A stretch of 44,398 nt of DNA from Vermamoeba vermiformis (Eukaryota): positions 62,001 to 106,398 of the forward strand of contig JBEWZL010000146.1 of assembly GCA_045837725.1 (NCBI GenBank). Reading direction: 5' to 3'. Below the pieces are notes generated by a model that saw only the letters and a list, made by a program, of their open reading frames with translations, was not told the origin of the DNA and did not search any database. The translations under genes were made by a program, and so were the position numbers. This document shows positions 1 to 12,300 of this stretch, piece by piece. Positions within the stretch are counted from its first letter, which is position 1, and each line of letters begins with the position of its first letter.

Positions 1-13
1 AATACTAGAACAG

Positions 14-447
14 CATGAGTGTAGTGAAGTGGATTCATTTGAATTGGGGCGATGACGGCGTGCGACGACTGTTCAAAAAAGTGCACGAACACTTAGAGGA
101 CGGAGGGCTGTTTGTATTGGAAGCTCAACCTTGGAGCTCTTACAAAAAGAAACAACGTGCAAGTGAGGTAAGTTGATTACTCCTACCGTGTGATATCTGT
201 TGGATCCTTTGCGATCTAAATCTGACTCTCGTTCTGTCGCCAGGTGACAAAGCAAATGTACAAGACTATCAGGTTATATCCTGAAGATTTCAAAGGCCTA
301 TTAGAGTCAATCGGGTTTGAGCTTGTTGAAGAAGTAGTGCCACAAGAGATAAAGAAAGGATTTGGTCGCTCGATTGCCATCTACAGAAAGAAAGCGCCGC
401 AGTTGGCGGTTACGCAACAAACTAATGTACAGGACACCATTAAATAA
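14..447 (+). CDS. MEPCE: Bin3/MePCE-type methylphosphate capping methyltransferase, 3' part (exons ~14-167 and 244-447)
   Basis: Manual translation gives MSVVKWIHLNWGDDGVRRLFKKVHEHLEDGGLFVLEAQPWSSYKK, the Bin3 signature (KWIHLNWGD...EPQPW.SY). GTAAG..CAG intron at 168-243. Confidence 0.9.
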
Positions 448-698
448 GGTATTGTAAGGCTGACAGGCCTCGGAAAATTACTTCCTTCAAACAGTTTTCT
501 GATTTTACGCATTGCTGCAATTAGTAGATGTGCTATCTAAAATCAATCAAACACATTATCGTTACTATTCTCTATTATATATTTCATTCTTTGTTTTTTC
601 TGTTCACACTGCGTCTCATTGAATTTGTGAATCGGCCACCGTATAATGCGTGACCGCGGAACGGTTATTATTATTAGCAAACAATACGAGTTACAAGC

Positions 699-3111
699 AT
701 GAAGTCATTGTTTTTTATTTTAGTTACTTTGGTTAGTGTTCAACTTACTTGGGCCAGTCAAGACCTGTTGCTGGATGGTGTTCTTTCGGCCGAAGCCGTC
801 GCCAACGACCGATGCCTTTCAGCCTCGAACCTTACCTATACTGTCAACAAATTATTAAGCCAAGAGATTGTCACTGCCCTTGCCACTTTGCAAGCGGATC
901 CCACGCAATCCATCGCGAACATCACTGCATTCCTTAAAACGGTGTATACCGTAGCCTTATCAACCAACCCTTATTGGCTCGCCGGATATTCGACAAACGC
1001 CTACTGTAAGTTCAATCGATTTCGTAACAAGTCAAGCGAAGATTGATTGCCTCGATGCGTGAAAGCAAGCAACCAAAAAAAAAACCAAAAGCGGAACCAT
1101 AGGAACAAAAAAAAACCCGCGAAAAAGGGGATTGAAGGGATGGAGGAGGTTTTGGGAGGGGAAAAAGAGTACGCCAACAGAGGAGGTGGAAGAGAAGGAA
1201 AGAAAGTTAAACTGAAAATGGCCCAGGATAAAAAATACCCTGGGCGAGGGACCGGTAAGAACCCGGGGCTGTGAGGGGCCTGGGGGAAGAAATCCGTTCC
1301 CCCGAGGGTGAGCCCGGCTCGCGAAAGCGTTTTGATTTTTTTTTGAGTGAGTTGTTTTCTATCCATGATTACCTAACGAAATGGATGAGTCTCGCTCACT
1401 GCTATTTATGAAGATTTGACGAGCGTCAGTTGTGTAAAATTCCAGTTTCCAGTTTCTCCGCACTTGACTTGTCCGATCGCGATTTGACATCTTGGCGTTT
1501 CAGTTGGCTTTGCTAGCGACAGCGTCTATTCCTTCCGTAACTGCAGTCTGCCCGAAAACGCTTTGCTGCCGGGCTGCCAGTCAGTCCCAGCACCGGCCAT
1601 GCTTGCTTTCATCCGTAACAACGTTACTTTCGTTGACAACAGCCGACACGTGTGGTCTGTAGACAACGAAGGAAATTTGATTGAGGAGCTCTATGTTGAG
1701 AAGAGAGAATCGTTTGCTACCAGAAACCTTTGGTAAGATCCAGAAAAAAAACCGAATCCCGCCATTGTGAAATTCTTATCTTTAACGCCGATGATATTAC
1801 CACTTTCTTTATTATTGTACCGAGTTAATTCGAATGATTGGCATCATAAATTCTAAATTATAATTTCAGGTACTCTTCTCCGGGCTGGATCTCGTTCACT
1901 TCGCTCACCAGCGGCCTTCAAACATTTACCTACAGCAAGGTCATTCCTGGTATCGAAGGCGCCGTTGCCGTTAGCGACCGCAGTTTCCGCGAACCGTGTG
2001 CTCCGTGCATCCAATCTGCCCCTGCCGTATCGAGCGCGGAAGAATTGAACAACGCGGCTGTTACTCAACCGAGCACTTTGCAGGACTTAATCACCTTGAC
2101 CAAAGCTGTTTGGAACGCTGTCCACAAGTAAGTTTAAGCTTTAAAAAGGTGACGTCCGTATGACCCTTTATGACACGTTGATGCGCGTAAGACTGGCTTA
2201 TATCAATTATGATGTGATGACATTCAAATACACATGTCAGACTTAAGCCCTTAAAGACGTTTAATTAGTACAATAACATGATAGTTCTTCGTGCTATATT
2301 AATTAACTATCTAGTGCGTCTGCTGCTCAAGTTGGTTTCCCCAGCGGAGATTTCATTCAAGTGAAGAATTGCGCTGACCGAGCTACCGAGCCTAGCGAGT
2401 CTTATTGCGCACCCGTAAGTCTTCGAAACATTTTAACTTAAGCTATTAAGATAGAATCCAATACCATACAATCATGCCGATTTTGCATTTTTTGTGATAA
2501 GGCTTGACTTTAACGTGTGCTGTAACCTGTTACTCGTTCGTAGTGACGAAATATCATTCGTTCTTCTATTATTATCTTCTGACGAACGATATTCCATTCT
2601 CTTCGTATGATAACGGATATTTCTCATATGTCGGCATTGACCAACCAACTTTCCAAATCTCCTTCTAAATACTGTTACAAATCCTTAGGGTACTACCAGC
2701 CACGTCGCTGCTATCTACAGTCCCGCGATTCTCAGCACGGAGTCCATTCGTGTCTTCAACGTTTCCGAGACTGGCGATCTCGTCACTACGGCATACGTGG
2801 ACTATCAAGGCCGCAACAGCACCTCGCAACCCTGGTACGCTGTCGGACAACAAGGCATGGGCTTCTCTCCCATCTACCGCCTCGCAGACAGCACATTAGT
2901 CCGTTCGTTTGTTATTGGCCGCGGTGTGGAGTCCGTTGTGGCCGCTGACACGCTCGAAGAAGAGTGCGCGACCAGTGCACCTGTTTCGACCAATCAGCCG
3001 CAAGCTCAGCAATCATCGCCTAAGGCACAATCGCCGCAAGTTTCCTCCGCGACCGTTGTTTCTTTGACGATTGTATCGATTGTATCTATCGTGGTGTGCG
3101 CGTTCTTGTAA
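699..3111 (+). CDS. Multi-exon secreted or GPI-anchored-type surface protein of unknown function (possible Cache-like motifs)
   Basis: Signal peptide MKSLFFILVTLVSVQLTWA; exons at about 699-1004, 1504-1732, 1871-2127, 2315-2414 and 2689-3111 bounded by GT/AG; Ser/Gln/Pro spacer and hydrophobic C-terminus without a cytoplasmic tail. Confidence 0.65.
1050..1370. other. Garbled purine- and homopolymer-rich tract, likely low-quality sequence
   Basis: Runs of A, G and C unlike the flanking introns and exons; lies inside the 699-3111 gene. Confidence 0.55.
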
Positions 3112-3302
3112 ACACTATAATAAAAAATAGCGCTGCGATTTCGAAAGAGAATATCCTTTCCAGCTCTGGGATATTGGCTTTTCATTGGGCCAAAAGAGTT
3201 TCCTCTTTTTTTAAATTGTGGTTGTTTCACGTGTCAGAAAAAGTGCGGAATGCACCAGATTTGAAAATATTCTCTTCGCTCATTTGTCATACCTTTAGCG
3301 TC

Positions 3303-6295
3303 ATGTCTAACACAGAAGTTGAAAAAAGTAATGCTCGTAAGCTACGAGTATGCTTAGAGGGACAAGAAAAGGATGAAGCAACCGAGATTGAAGTTGCAGG
3401 AGATTCAGTTTCGTGTAAGATAATTTTAAATATTAATAGAACGGCTATAATATTTTTTCTAGCATTTATGCAAGCCATTGCGAGCTCTGGATATTTAACG
3501 ACGCATCCAGTCGCAGATTTCGAAGCAATTACCTTAGACGACCAGGTCTTAAAGCCACGCCAGAAATTAGCTTTGTTGGACATAAAAGATGACACCGTAT
3601 TCGTATTAAAAGTAAAAGAAGGCACAGATGGTGAATCAGAAGAGAGTACGAATGACGAAGATATTGACGGCGGTAATTTGAACTCTATTGGCAGAGGCAA
3701 GTTTATTTTTGGTCGAGGTCGAGGTAGAGGTCGAGGCAGAGGCAGAGGATTCAGAGGATTCAGAGGCAGAGGCAGAGGTAGAGGTCGTGGAAAAAGAAGT
3801 GGCTGGAGATTCCGCGGTCTTGGTGCTGACTCGGTGTTTGATCTGGATGCAGGCTCAGAGGACGTAGCAACTGAAAGTCTCGATGGCTTTTCTGTAGCTC
3901 GTCGTGACATCGTTGACAAGGTAAGACTATATTGTGAGTTATACTAACAAGTCTAACTGATCAAATTGATAGAAAACTGGTGAAGTGACGGGCAAAGAAG
4001 TGATGGTCTCAATCATCGGTGAAGAGCTGAAAGTGATATTGCGAGAAGAGCTCGGTGCTCACGAGGATCAGTTGTACGCCGTCAAGCCTAAATTGGCTGC
4101 TAACTTCTTCGTGCCATACTTGCCCAATCTCAAAGAGCGGTAAGTAGGCAACTTGTGCGCATCTAATCGGCTCTGATATTTACCCCATACGTTGTAGACT
4201 TGAAAAAGAAGAAGACTCTGAGAACAGTGCTTTGAAGCCGTTCGTAGATTGGTTGGCTAAGGAGTGCAAAGAAATCACAGAGAAGCTCGAAGCGATGTTG
4301 CAGAAAGGGTGTCATTTCATTCGCGGACTTGGTGCTCTACTTCAGCAAGGGCAAAAAGGTCTATGGTACGTTGTGCATTAGTATGACACGCCAAAGAATC
4401 GATTTTTGACATTCAATTATGAGTGCGCGAAGACGTCTTCCGTCAAAAAGTCGCCTTTGAAATTCTGTCCACGAGATATTACTCGTCATTCTTTGGCAAT
4501 TTCTTTAGTGTCACTGGCAGTGTCGTTTTCACGAACGGATTGAAGTTCTTCTCAGTTTCAAAGACGTTCAATATCTCCTCCTATCAGGTAACTAGCTAAC
4601 AGTGTCCCAATGGGTAACATGTCCTAACGTGTCATATATTAGGGTGTTAGAAGTCTCGAGGACTTGCCTGTTCGAATGTTAGACGACAAGAGCACTGAAG
4701 AGCTCATCGAGCGCGGTAAAAAGTTTAAGAGTTACGCACTCGGCACACATCATTTGGCGTACAAAGGAGCCGTATTCAGACGCAGCTTCTACAGCTTGTT
4801 GGTCCTCAAGGCGTAAGTGGTCAATAGTTACATTATAAGTTTGTCTAATTCGCCTTGTTAGTGATGGTCGAATTATGATTGACGGTGCTAGTTTCAAGCG
4901 CATGTCTCCGAACTATAGGTACGATAACGATGATATTGACTCGAACAAGAACAATCTTAACACATTCGCTTAGAAATCGTAACTTTGTCGATGCTGAGAG
5001 TGAGGGAGGAGTTGGTTCACCAGAGTAAGTACTTGACTGTCATGACAATCAGTCTGTAGTCCAGTGTTAATGCCTCGAAACAGATTGCACGAAGAAGATT
5101 TGTGGCGCACGTGGCCCTTCGTGTACGGCTTTGCGTTCAGCGCCAAGAAGTGGGGTGAGCTGAACGTGGACTGGATGACACCGGTGCAGTACGAAGACAC
5201 GGCCTTCGAGCAGCTGGTCATTCCCGCGGACAAGAAAGAGTTGATCCAAGCGCTGGTCAAGTACCGCAATCAGGGCTTCTCGGACATCATTACCAACAAG
5301 GGCGGTGGCTGCATCTTTTTGTTGCACGGCAGTCCTGGTGTTGGTAAAACTTTGACCGCCGAATCTATTGCGGAGCTGTTGCACCGACCTTTATACAGGT
5401 ACTACACATTTTCCTAATTTAGTAATATAATCTTTGCATCAATTTTATGAGACATCTTGGCGGTCTTTATACCATATTAATATATATTCCCTATTATAGT
5501 GTTTCGGTCGGAGAGCTGGGCACATCAACCATCGACCTCGAAGAAAGACTGCGCGAAATTCTCGAAATTGCCTCGGTCTGGGACGCTGTCGTGTTGATCG
5601 ATGAAGCGGATATTTTCTTAGAAAAGAGAACTGAAGAAGATATCAAGCGCAATGCACTTGTTGGTATATTTTTGCGACTATTGGAGTACCATCAAGGTGT
5701 TTTGTTCTTGTAAGTAGACCCAGATCTGGCTCCTCGAAAAAACCACTACTAACAATGCCTATTTGTAGAACCACTAATAGAGTCAAGTCCTTCGACACTG
5801 CGTTCCATAGCAGAATTTCAGTGGCTCTTAAGTACTCTGACTTGGATGTGGACACAAGAGGTACACCCGAATTGACACGCGTTTACTTATCTATGATGCC
5901 TTTTGCTAATTATCTCTTAATTCAGAGAAAATCTGGGACACATTGTTGACAGCTGCAAAGATCAAGACGTGCAAGGGCGCTGATTTCAAAGAGCACTTGT
6001 TGAATGGTCGGCAGATCAAAAACTGCATCCGTCTCAGTCAGGTATGTCAAATAGTGCTTTGATTATTATTCAGTTATTAACGATATCGTCGACATAGGCG
6101 CTTGCTACTTCGATGAAGAAAGAAGTTGATGTCGATCTGATGTTACGCACAATTCGCGTCACGTTGCAGTTCGAAGTGGATCTGCTCGATTCAATTATTG
6201 CTGAAGAGGCATTTGATGAGTTGCTTAAACATGAAGTGCAGCACGAAGTACAACAGAAATTGCATCATAGCGGCGAGGTGATCAAGAGCCACTAA
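3303..6295 (+). CDS. AAA+ ATPase (fungal/protist type with long N-terminus; ubiquitin-like start and RG-rich tract); multi-exon, one apparent frameshift near 4304-4309
   Basis: Walker A GSPGVGKT, Walker B VLIDEAD, motifs FLRLLEYHQG, TTNRV..FD.AF.SRI and LNGRQIKN; N-terminal ERGKKF...HLAYKG. Confidence 0.9.
3711..3790 (+). repeat. Coding (GGNMGA)n repeat encoding an RG/GAR tract
   Basis: ggtcgaggtcgaggtagaggtcgaggcagaggcaga... translates as GRGRGRGRGRGRGFRGFRGRGRGRGRG. Confidence 0.85.
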
Positions 6296-6711
6296 AGTTT
6301 CATTTAGATCTTGTAAATTTGTTCTCTCGTGTAAAAAATCTTGCAAATACGATGGTCTCCGTGTTGCTCTGAGTATGATTGTATACCATTTAGTGAGTAA
6401 TTTTATAAGATCTCGGTTAGATCTGTAAGCGGTGCCAGATGTCGCTAAAAACAGTCGATTAGATTTTGTTTCGGCAATTAGCCGTGGATTTTTCGGCGGA
6501 TAATAATAGACGAGTCGTTGCTTCCTCAAAAATTGGTGTCGCGTTACGAATAAGCATTAATTTCCGTGTAATTTCTGCGACTTTTGTACGAGATTTTTTG
6601 ACTGTCCTTTTTGTCAGCTATAAAGTTCAAACCGATCTTTTAGTTTATTCAACCTCAAAAGTATATCGACGATATACACGCAAGCCTAAATAGCACCATT
6701 CGACAAAAACA

Positions 6712-7904
6712 ATGGGCAACCACAAACGACGCGCTTACGTACCGAAGTCTTATTGGACTCCCTTATTTTGGCGACCAATCCCTCGCTCGCTCGACTTTCC
6801 TTCTCGACGAAGACACCCTGTCTTGGCTGCTTTGATGGACTGGTTCATCGTGTTGGTTTTAATCGCTTTGATAATCATTTTCCGATTGGTCCCTGCTCCG
6901 TCTAACATTCAATATTTCCGAGTTAATGACCCTAATTTAAAGTACGTATATTTAGCATTCGAAAATCAAGCTTAGTACTAATCCTATTACGCAATAGTTA
7001 TCCGGATCTGCCCGAAGTAGTGAACCAAACAGTTTCTTTTATAGTCTTAGTAGTTTTCCCTGTTGGAGTCTTAGCACTAGCTCAGGCATTCCTGCGTGAC
7101 GGGGACGACTTCCACTCCGGCTTTCTCGGTTATGTTGAGGCCATCCGTAAGTGACACTTGTGACACGTGTCAAACTAACTTTGTCTAATGCGGATCTGCA
7201 GTGTTTTCATTCGCCGCAACTACCTTCCTCTGGTTCACTATTGGTGGATTGAGACCGAAGTTCCTTGCCCAATGCAAGCCTGACATGAGCAAGGTGACCG
7301 ACGTCAACGCGTACTACTCGACTGAGATCTGCACTGGCTTCAACGTCAACGAGCTCAATAGTCTCGATTCAGCCTTTTCACCTCGCCCTACTCAAGCGTA
7401 AGTCAGATCTATCCCCTTTGAATCAACCATAGGAAGTTTAATGACTTTGCTTCTTAAAGATGGCCGAGTGGTCACGCAGCGAATATCTTAGCAGCAGGAG
7501 TGTTCATCATATTCTATTTGAACGGCAAATGGAAGACATTCGATAGGCGAGCACATCTGTGGAAACTTTTCATTTTAGTGTGCATATTTATGGCTTACTT
7601 ATTCATCGGATTGAGCCGATTAAGAGGTATGTACTTAGTATTTGACAATAGGCAATTAAACAAGCTGGATCTAACTTGGATCGTGTTTTCAGATTTCGAA
7701 CACAACAACAGACAAGTTATTACGGGTATTATTATTGGTATTGTTAGCGCTTTGTTGGCCTATGCCTTGAACTACTGCTCGTTCTTGGGTCCTGACAACC
7801 ACATCCCTTGCCGCAAGTTGAACAAAGGCAAAACTGAAAAAAAGCCTGAGTCGCAACCGCCGGTAGACCCCGTCGATCAACAGCGAGTAATGGAGATGGC
7901 CTAA
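6712..7904 (+). CDS. PAP2-family lipid phosphate phosphatase, paralogue 1 (5 exons)
   Basis: C1 ...LRP, C2 WPSGH and C3 SRLRDFEH motifs; several transmembrane helices. Confidence 0.9.
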
Positions 7905-8115
7905 ATAGCTCCTCTAGAGGATTATAGGTATATTTGTACCATTTCTCGTCTGCCGAATAAACTTTGCGACTATTTAATTCTTTAACGAAAACTCAGCGAA
8001 CTTCTTTCTCGATATATTGCCGCTCTCGACATGGTATCACTGCGACAATATGAGGTTGTACCATGGTTCCTTTATTTGTCCTTTGTTATTTTCGGATCAA
8101 GGTCATAAATTCGCA

Positions 8116-9272
8116 ATGAACGAATCACAACGAGAATTAAATCCTTTAACACCCCTATTAACTTGGTCGCCTATTCCAAGCTTCGAGTTTCGACCAGAGA
8201 AGAAAAGAGAGCTCAAAGGCGCATTAATGGACTGGTTTATTATTGCAATTTTGATAGGCCTTATTTTGGTCTTCCGATTAGTACCAGCGCCTTCAAATAT
8301 TCAATATTTTCGCGTTAATGACCCAGAATTAAGGTAGCAGCAATTATTATGATAATATCTAATCGTTTACTAATATTCTATTAGTTATCCTAATTTGCCC
8401 GAGATTATCGATAACAAATATTCCTCCGTGCTGCTAATTATTCCATTGGTCGTAATTATCCTAACATCGTGGATAGCACGAGACTGGAAAGACTTTCACA
8501 AAAACTTATTGACTTACATCGAGGCAGTGCGTAAGTACAACAAAAATATTCTGACACCTGTCACGCGATCTGATCCGCTCTCAAAAGTGTTTTCATTCAC
8601 TGTAACAACCTTCTTTTGGTTCACTATTGGAGGACTACGACCAAAGTTCTTAGAGGAGTGTCAGCCTGACATGAGCAAAGTGACAGATCCGAACAAATAC
8701 TACTCGACTGAGATCTGCACGGGCTTCACGCTCGACGACCTCTCGAGCCTTGCGACAGCTCTTACTCCAAGACCAACGCATGCGTAAGCCTAACTTTGCT
8801 ATTCATATCATCACACTGCCGCCTCGTATATATTATATTGTTATTCATATTTGTCTTGTAATTAGGTGGCCCTCGGGACACGCTGCAAATATCCTCTCAG
8901 CAGGGGTATTTTTAGTGTTATTTTTGCACGGCGTTTGGAGAACTTTTGATCGTCCACAGAGACTATGGAAGTTATTCATTCTCATTTGCATATTTGTTGG
9001 ATATTTATTTGTTGGACTGACTCGTATTCGAGGTAATTTTAAAAAAATAATTTCTGCGCCAGATCCGCTGATATTTTTGTTTAGATTTTGAACATAATAG
9101 CCCTCAAATTGTTACTGGCATGGTTATTGGTATGAGTAGCGCTATAATCGCATATGTTTTCAATAATTATAGCGCTAGTAATAATAGCGATAATAAACCA
9201 AAATAATATAATTTTAAAAGCGGATCTGTAATGCTCGTTCGTTTAAAGAGATTGAAATATTGTTTTATATAA
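8116..9272 (+). CDS. PAP2-family lipid phosphate phosphatase, paralogue 2 (tandem duplicate with the same intron positions)
   Basis: WFTIGGLRPKF, WPSGHAANIL and TRIRDFEH; strong similarity to paralogue 1. Confidence 0.9.
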
Positions 9273-9383
9273 ATTACAAATTGAAAATTACAAGTTCAAA
9301 AACTAATACGAATAAGTTAATATTCGTATTTAAAGCGATTTCTATTTTCTATTCTTTTAAATGGATCCAGATCCACTTACTTT

Positions 9384-12300
9384 TTAATCGCCCTTAGGTT
9401 CGCTGAGCCTCTTTAGTGCCTCAAAATAAGTCTCTTCGTAAATGTGCAACTTGTCGAGTGTTTCTTTGTACTCGATTTGTTTGCTGATTTCTTTGTCACG
9501 TTGTTTTGCCAAATCTTTAATCACTCGTTCTTCTCGCTTTTCTGTTTCTTCTAACGTCGAACTTCTACAATAGGGATAATAATAGTATATTAGTTATATG
9601 ATAGTAGGTGTTGGGGTTTAGTGTGAGGACGTACCCGAAGACTTGTTCGAGTTTTTTCTTGTTGACTGGACTTTTGACGACACTGCGCGGGCTCTCGGCT
9701 GAAATAGACGGTCGCGGGCTCTTTGGCGTGACAGGGCCAGTACGTGCGATACGAGCTTTAGACACCAATTTCTTGGTGATCTTTGCACGCACGCCGCTCA
9801 CGTCTTTTTCACACTGTTGGGCCAGTGCCTCGCTGCGTTCTTTGAGCTCTGCAGCGTGTTCAGTGAGGTACTGCTCGACGTAATCTGACACGACACTGCT
9901 GCCGTCATCACTAAAGGCATAATGTCAGCATTGAGCTTTCAAGTGTAAGTGTGAAAAATTGTATCAAAAGTACGTACCCGACGAGACTGTTGTGACTACC
10001 ACCGCCGATCATCTTGGCAGGCGTTGAATCTTTTCTATTTGGATCGAGCAAGTTAGCCTCGCTGCCGGACTCGCGGCCAAAAAACTTGTTGATTTTTTTC
10101 TTGGAGTTTTGACGGGCCAATGGTGCGGAGGGCTGATCCAAACTTGAAGGCTACACGAACAAATATTAACACTTGATATCATAGTACTGATTATTAATAC
10201 TTACAGCATTCATTGCCACTTTGAACTCGTCAATCGTCGTCGGTTTTTTCTGGAAGACAGCTTCGAGATCCTTGGTGACATTGTCCAAATAGGTCATGAC
10301 TTGCATCGACACTGTTGACGTGTTCGATGTACCAATCGATATCGAGGAGAGTGAGGCTGAGACGTCATCGGGGACAGGGATGTTTTGAGACGAGCCGAGG
10401 CCTGATTGCGGTGTGTGCGTGCCTGTCAGATCCAGCGTCAGATACAGCTCGTGGTTAAATTTGCTACAGATTCTAAAGTATACTCAATGGAGACCTACCC
10501 GAGCTGTTGTCAGTCTTGACAGAATCAGGGCCATCAGATCCACCGATGGTCGCAGGACCGCTGCTGGTCATGACCGCGGACGAGTGCAACAAGGATTTCT
10601 CAACAGAGGGCAGAATGGTCTGCGAGGCCGAGAGTTGTGACTGCGTTACTTCACGCTCTCGTTCTCTGTTCGCGTCCAAGGACGAAGCAGTGGGTGAGAG
10701 GGGCAGCGTGGAGGGGAAGATGAGGGCTTGCATCCATCGCATGTCAAACGTGATCAGCACCACTGTGAACATGTCCTAGCGAGGGAAATGACACGTGTCA
10801 GAATGATTGAAAACGCCAATAAAAGTAATTGATAATTTGAGTCATATGATAGTATAAATATAACCAGGGCATGAAACAAACACTCTATGAAGGAAGAGCA
10901 TTTGGGATTAATCTGGTATCTTCGTGGCCAATGCAAATAGGCCTATAAGACTTACGTATAAATAATTCAAATTGTCGAACAGCAGCGGAACAATCGAAAC
11001 ATCAGCAAAGTTTCCGAGTTCTTTTGAACGAACAATTCTCTTTGACGTGTCTTTAGGATTCATCGACTTCTTCAGTATGTCTGAGGCATTGCATAGTCAG
11101 TAATTTCCTTATTAGGAAATGAGATGTTGTGACGTACCATATCCGAGTTTTTCAAACAAAATGTCCGCGAGTTTGACAGCCACGTGACAGGTCGGATAAT
11201 TGAGGGACTGTGACTTGCCCTGGAATGTAATCAAATCGCGGAAATATTTCGGGTACTGTTCCGAGAACTGCACTAAAAAGGAAATTCCCTTGATGTTACG
11301 ACCATTCATGTCTGCTAATGTTTTAACTCCCTGCAAAGTCAAGATGAGTATATCATCGAGGCATTTCCAAATATGGTAATGGTGAGATCGTACCTGAAGT
11401 CCCAACAGCTCGAATTGTACGGGCGATAAATGTTGCAATCTGACGTGCGGGAATGCTGCGTAATACAACTGACGAACGAGCTGGACGTGTGCCTATATTT
11501 GGGTATAAGTTAGTTGGTTAATATAAAATTAAAGTTAAAATTTAATTAAAGCAACTGCTGCGAATCTTATTAATCAATTCAAATTTTGTAACGATTTGAG
11601 TAATTCCAAATAAGGAAAGTCAATTAATCATTTGATTCTCGTGCACTAAATTGTACCCGATTAGTGTGATCGAATGGCGCGCATTCTAAGCTCGTAATTT
11701 GTGCTTGAAAATAGGCTAGTTGAAGTTTTGATTTGTCATGCGAGATCCAGACTTTACTCTGCGTTAGAATAAAGGTTAATAGCCTGATATAAATAAGTAA
11801 ATATTATATATGATATGTACCTTCAATATAGACAATACTTCGGCCTTTTCGAATTGTTTGAGCATTTTCAGTTTGTCGTTTAGAGGCGCAGATTGTAACA
11901 GACTATTAATCAATTTCAATGTATGATAAAACGTCTTATTGTTACGCAACATCTTCAGCATAATCCTATAGCGAGTATAAGTAAGGCGTAGACAATAGAT
12001 GCGGATCGCACGTACCTGTATGGATCTTCTGATTTTTGTTGAGCCAGGCGAAGGAAAACATCCACGAGAGAAGCATGACCGTTCGTGGCTTTTTCGAGGA
12101 ACTTCAACAGCAATTTAAGGCCATATACTGCTGCTTGTGCTTGACGTTGCCATTGCGGGATCGAGCTCGTTACAAATCTGATCAACTCTAGCGGCACCAA
12201 GTCCCACGGGAAGAACCGACTCTTGCATAAGTCGAGTGCAGTACTCACTGGCTTCTCGAAGTTGGAGTCGTTGTACGGATTTGAAAGTTCTTTGGCCGAG

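Noticed and set aside
14-447. Functional link between MePCE (caps U6-type RNAs) and the U6atac gene 15 kb away
   Set aside because: Several unrelated genes lie between them; the proximity is probably chance.
1001-1366. ORFs 1001-1366 (-) and 1047-1274 (+)
   Set aside because: Products of a low-complexity, probably low-quality tract.
3287-3919. 210-aa minus-strand ORF with PRPLPL repeats
   Set aside because: Antisense shadow of the RG-rich exon of the AAA ATPase.
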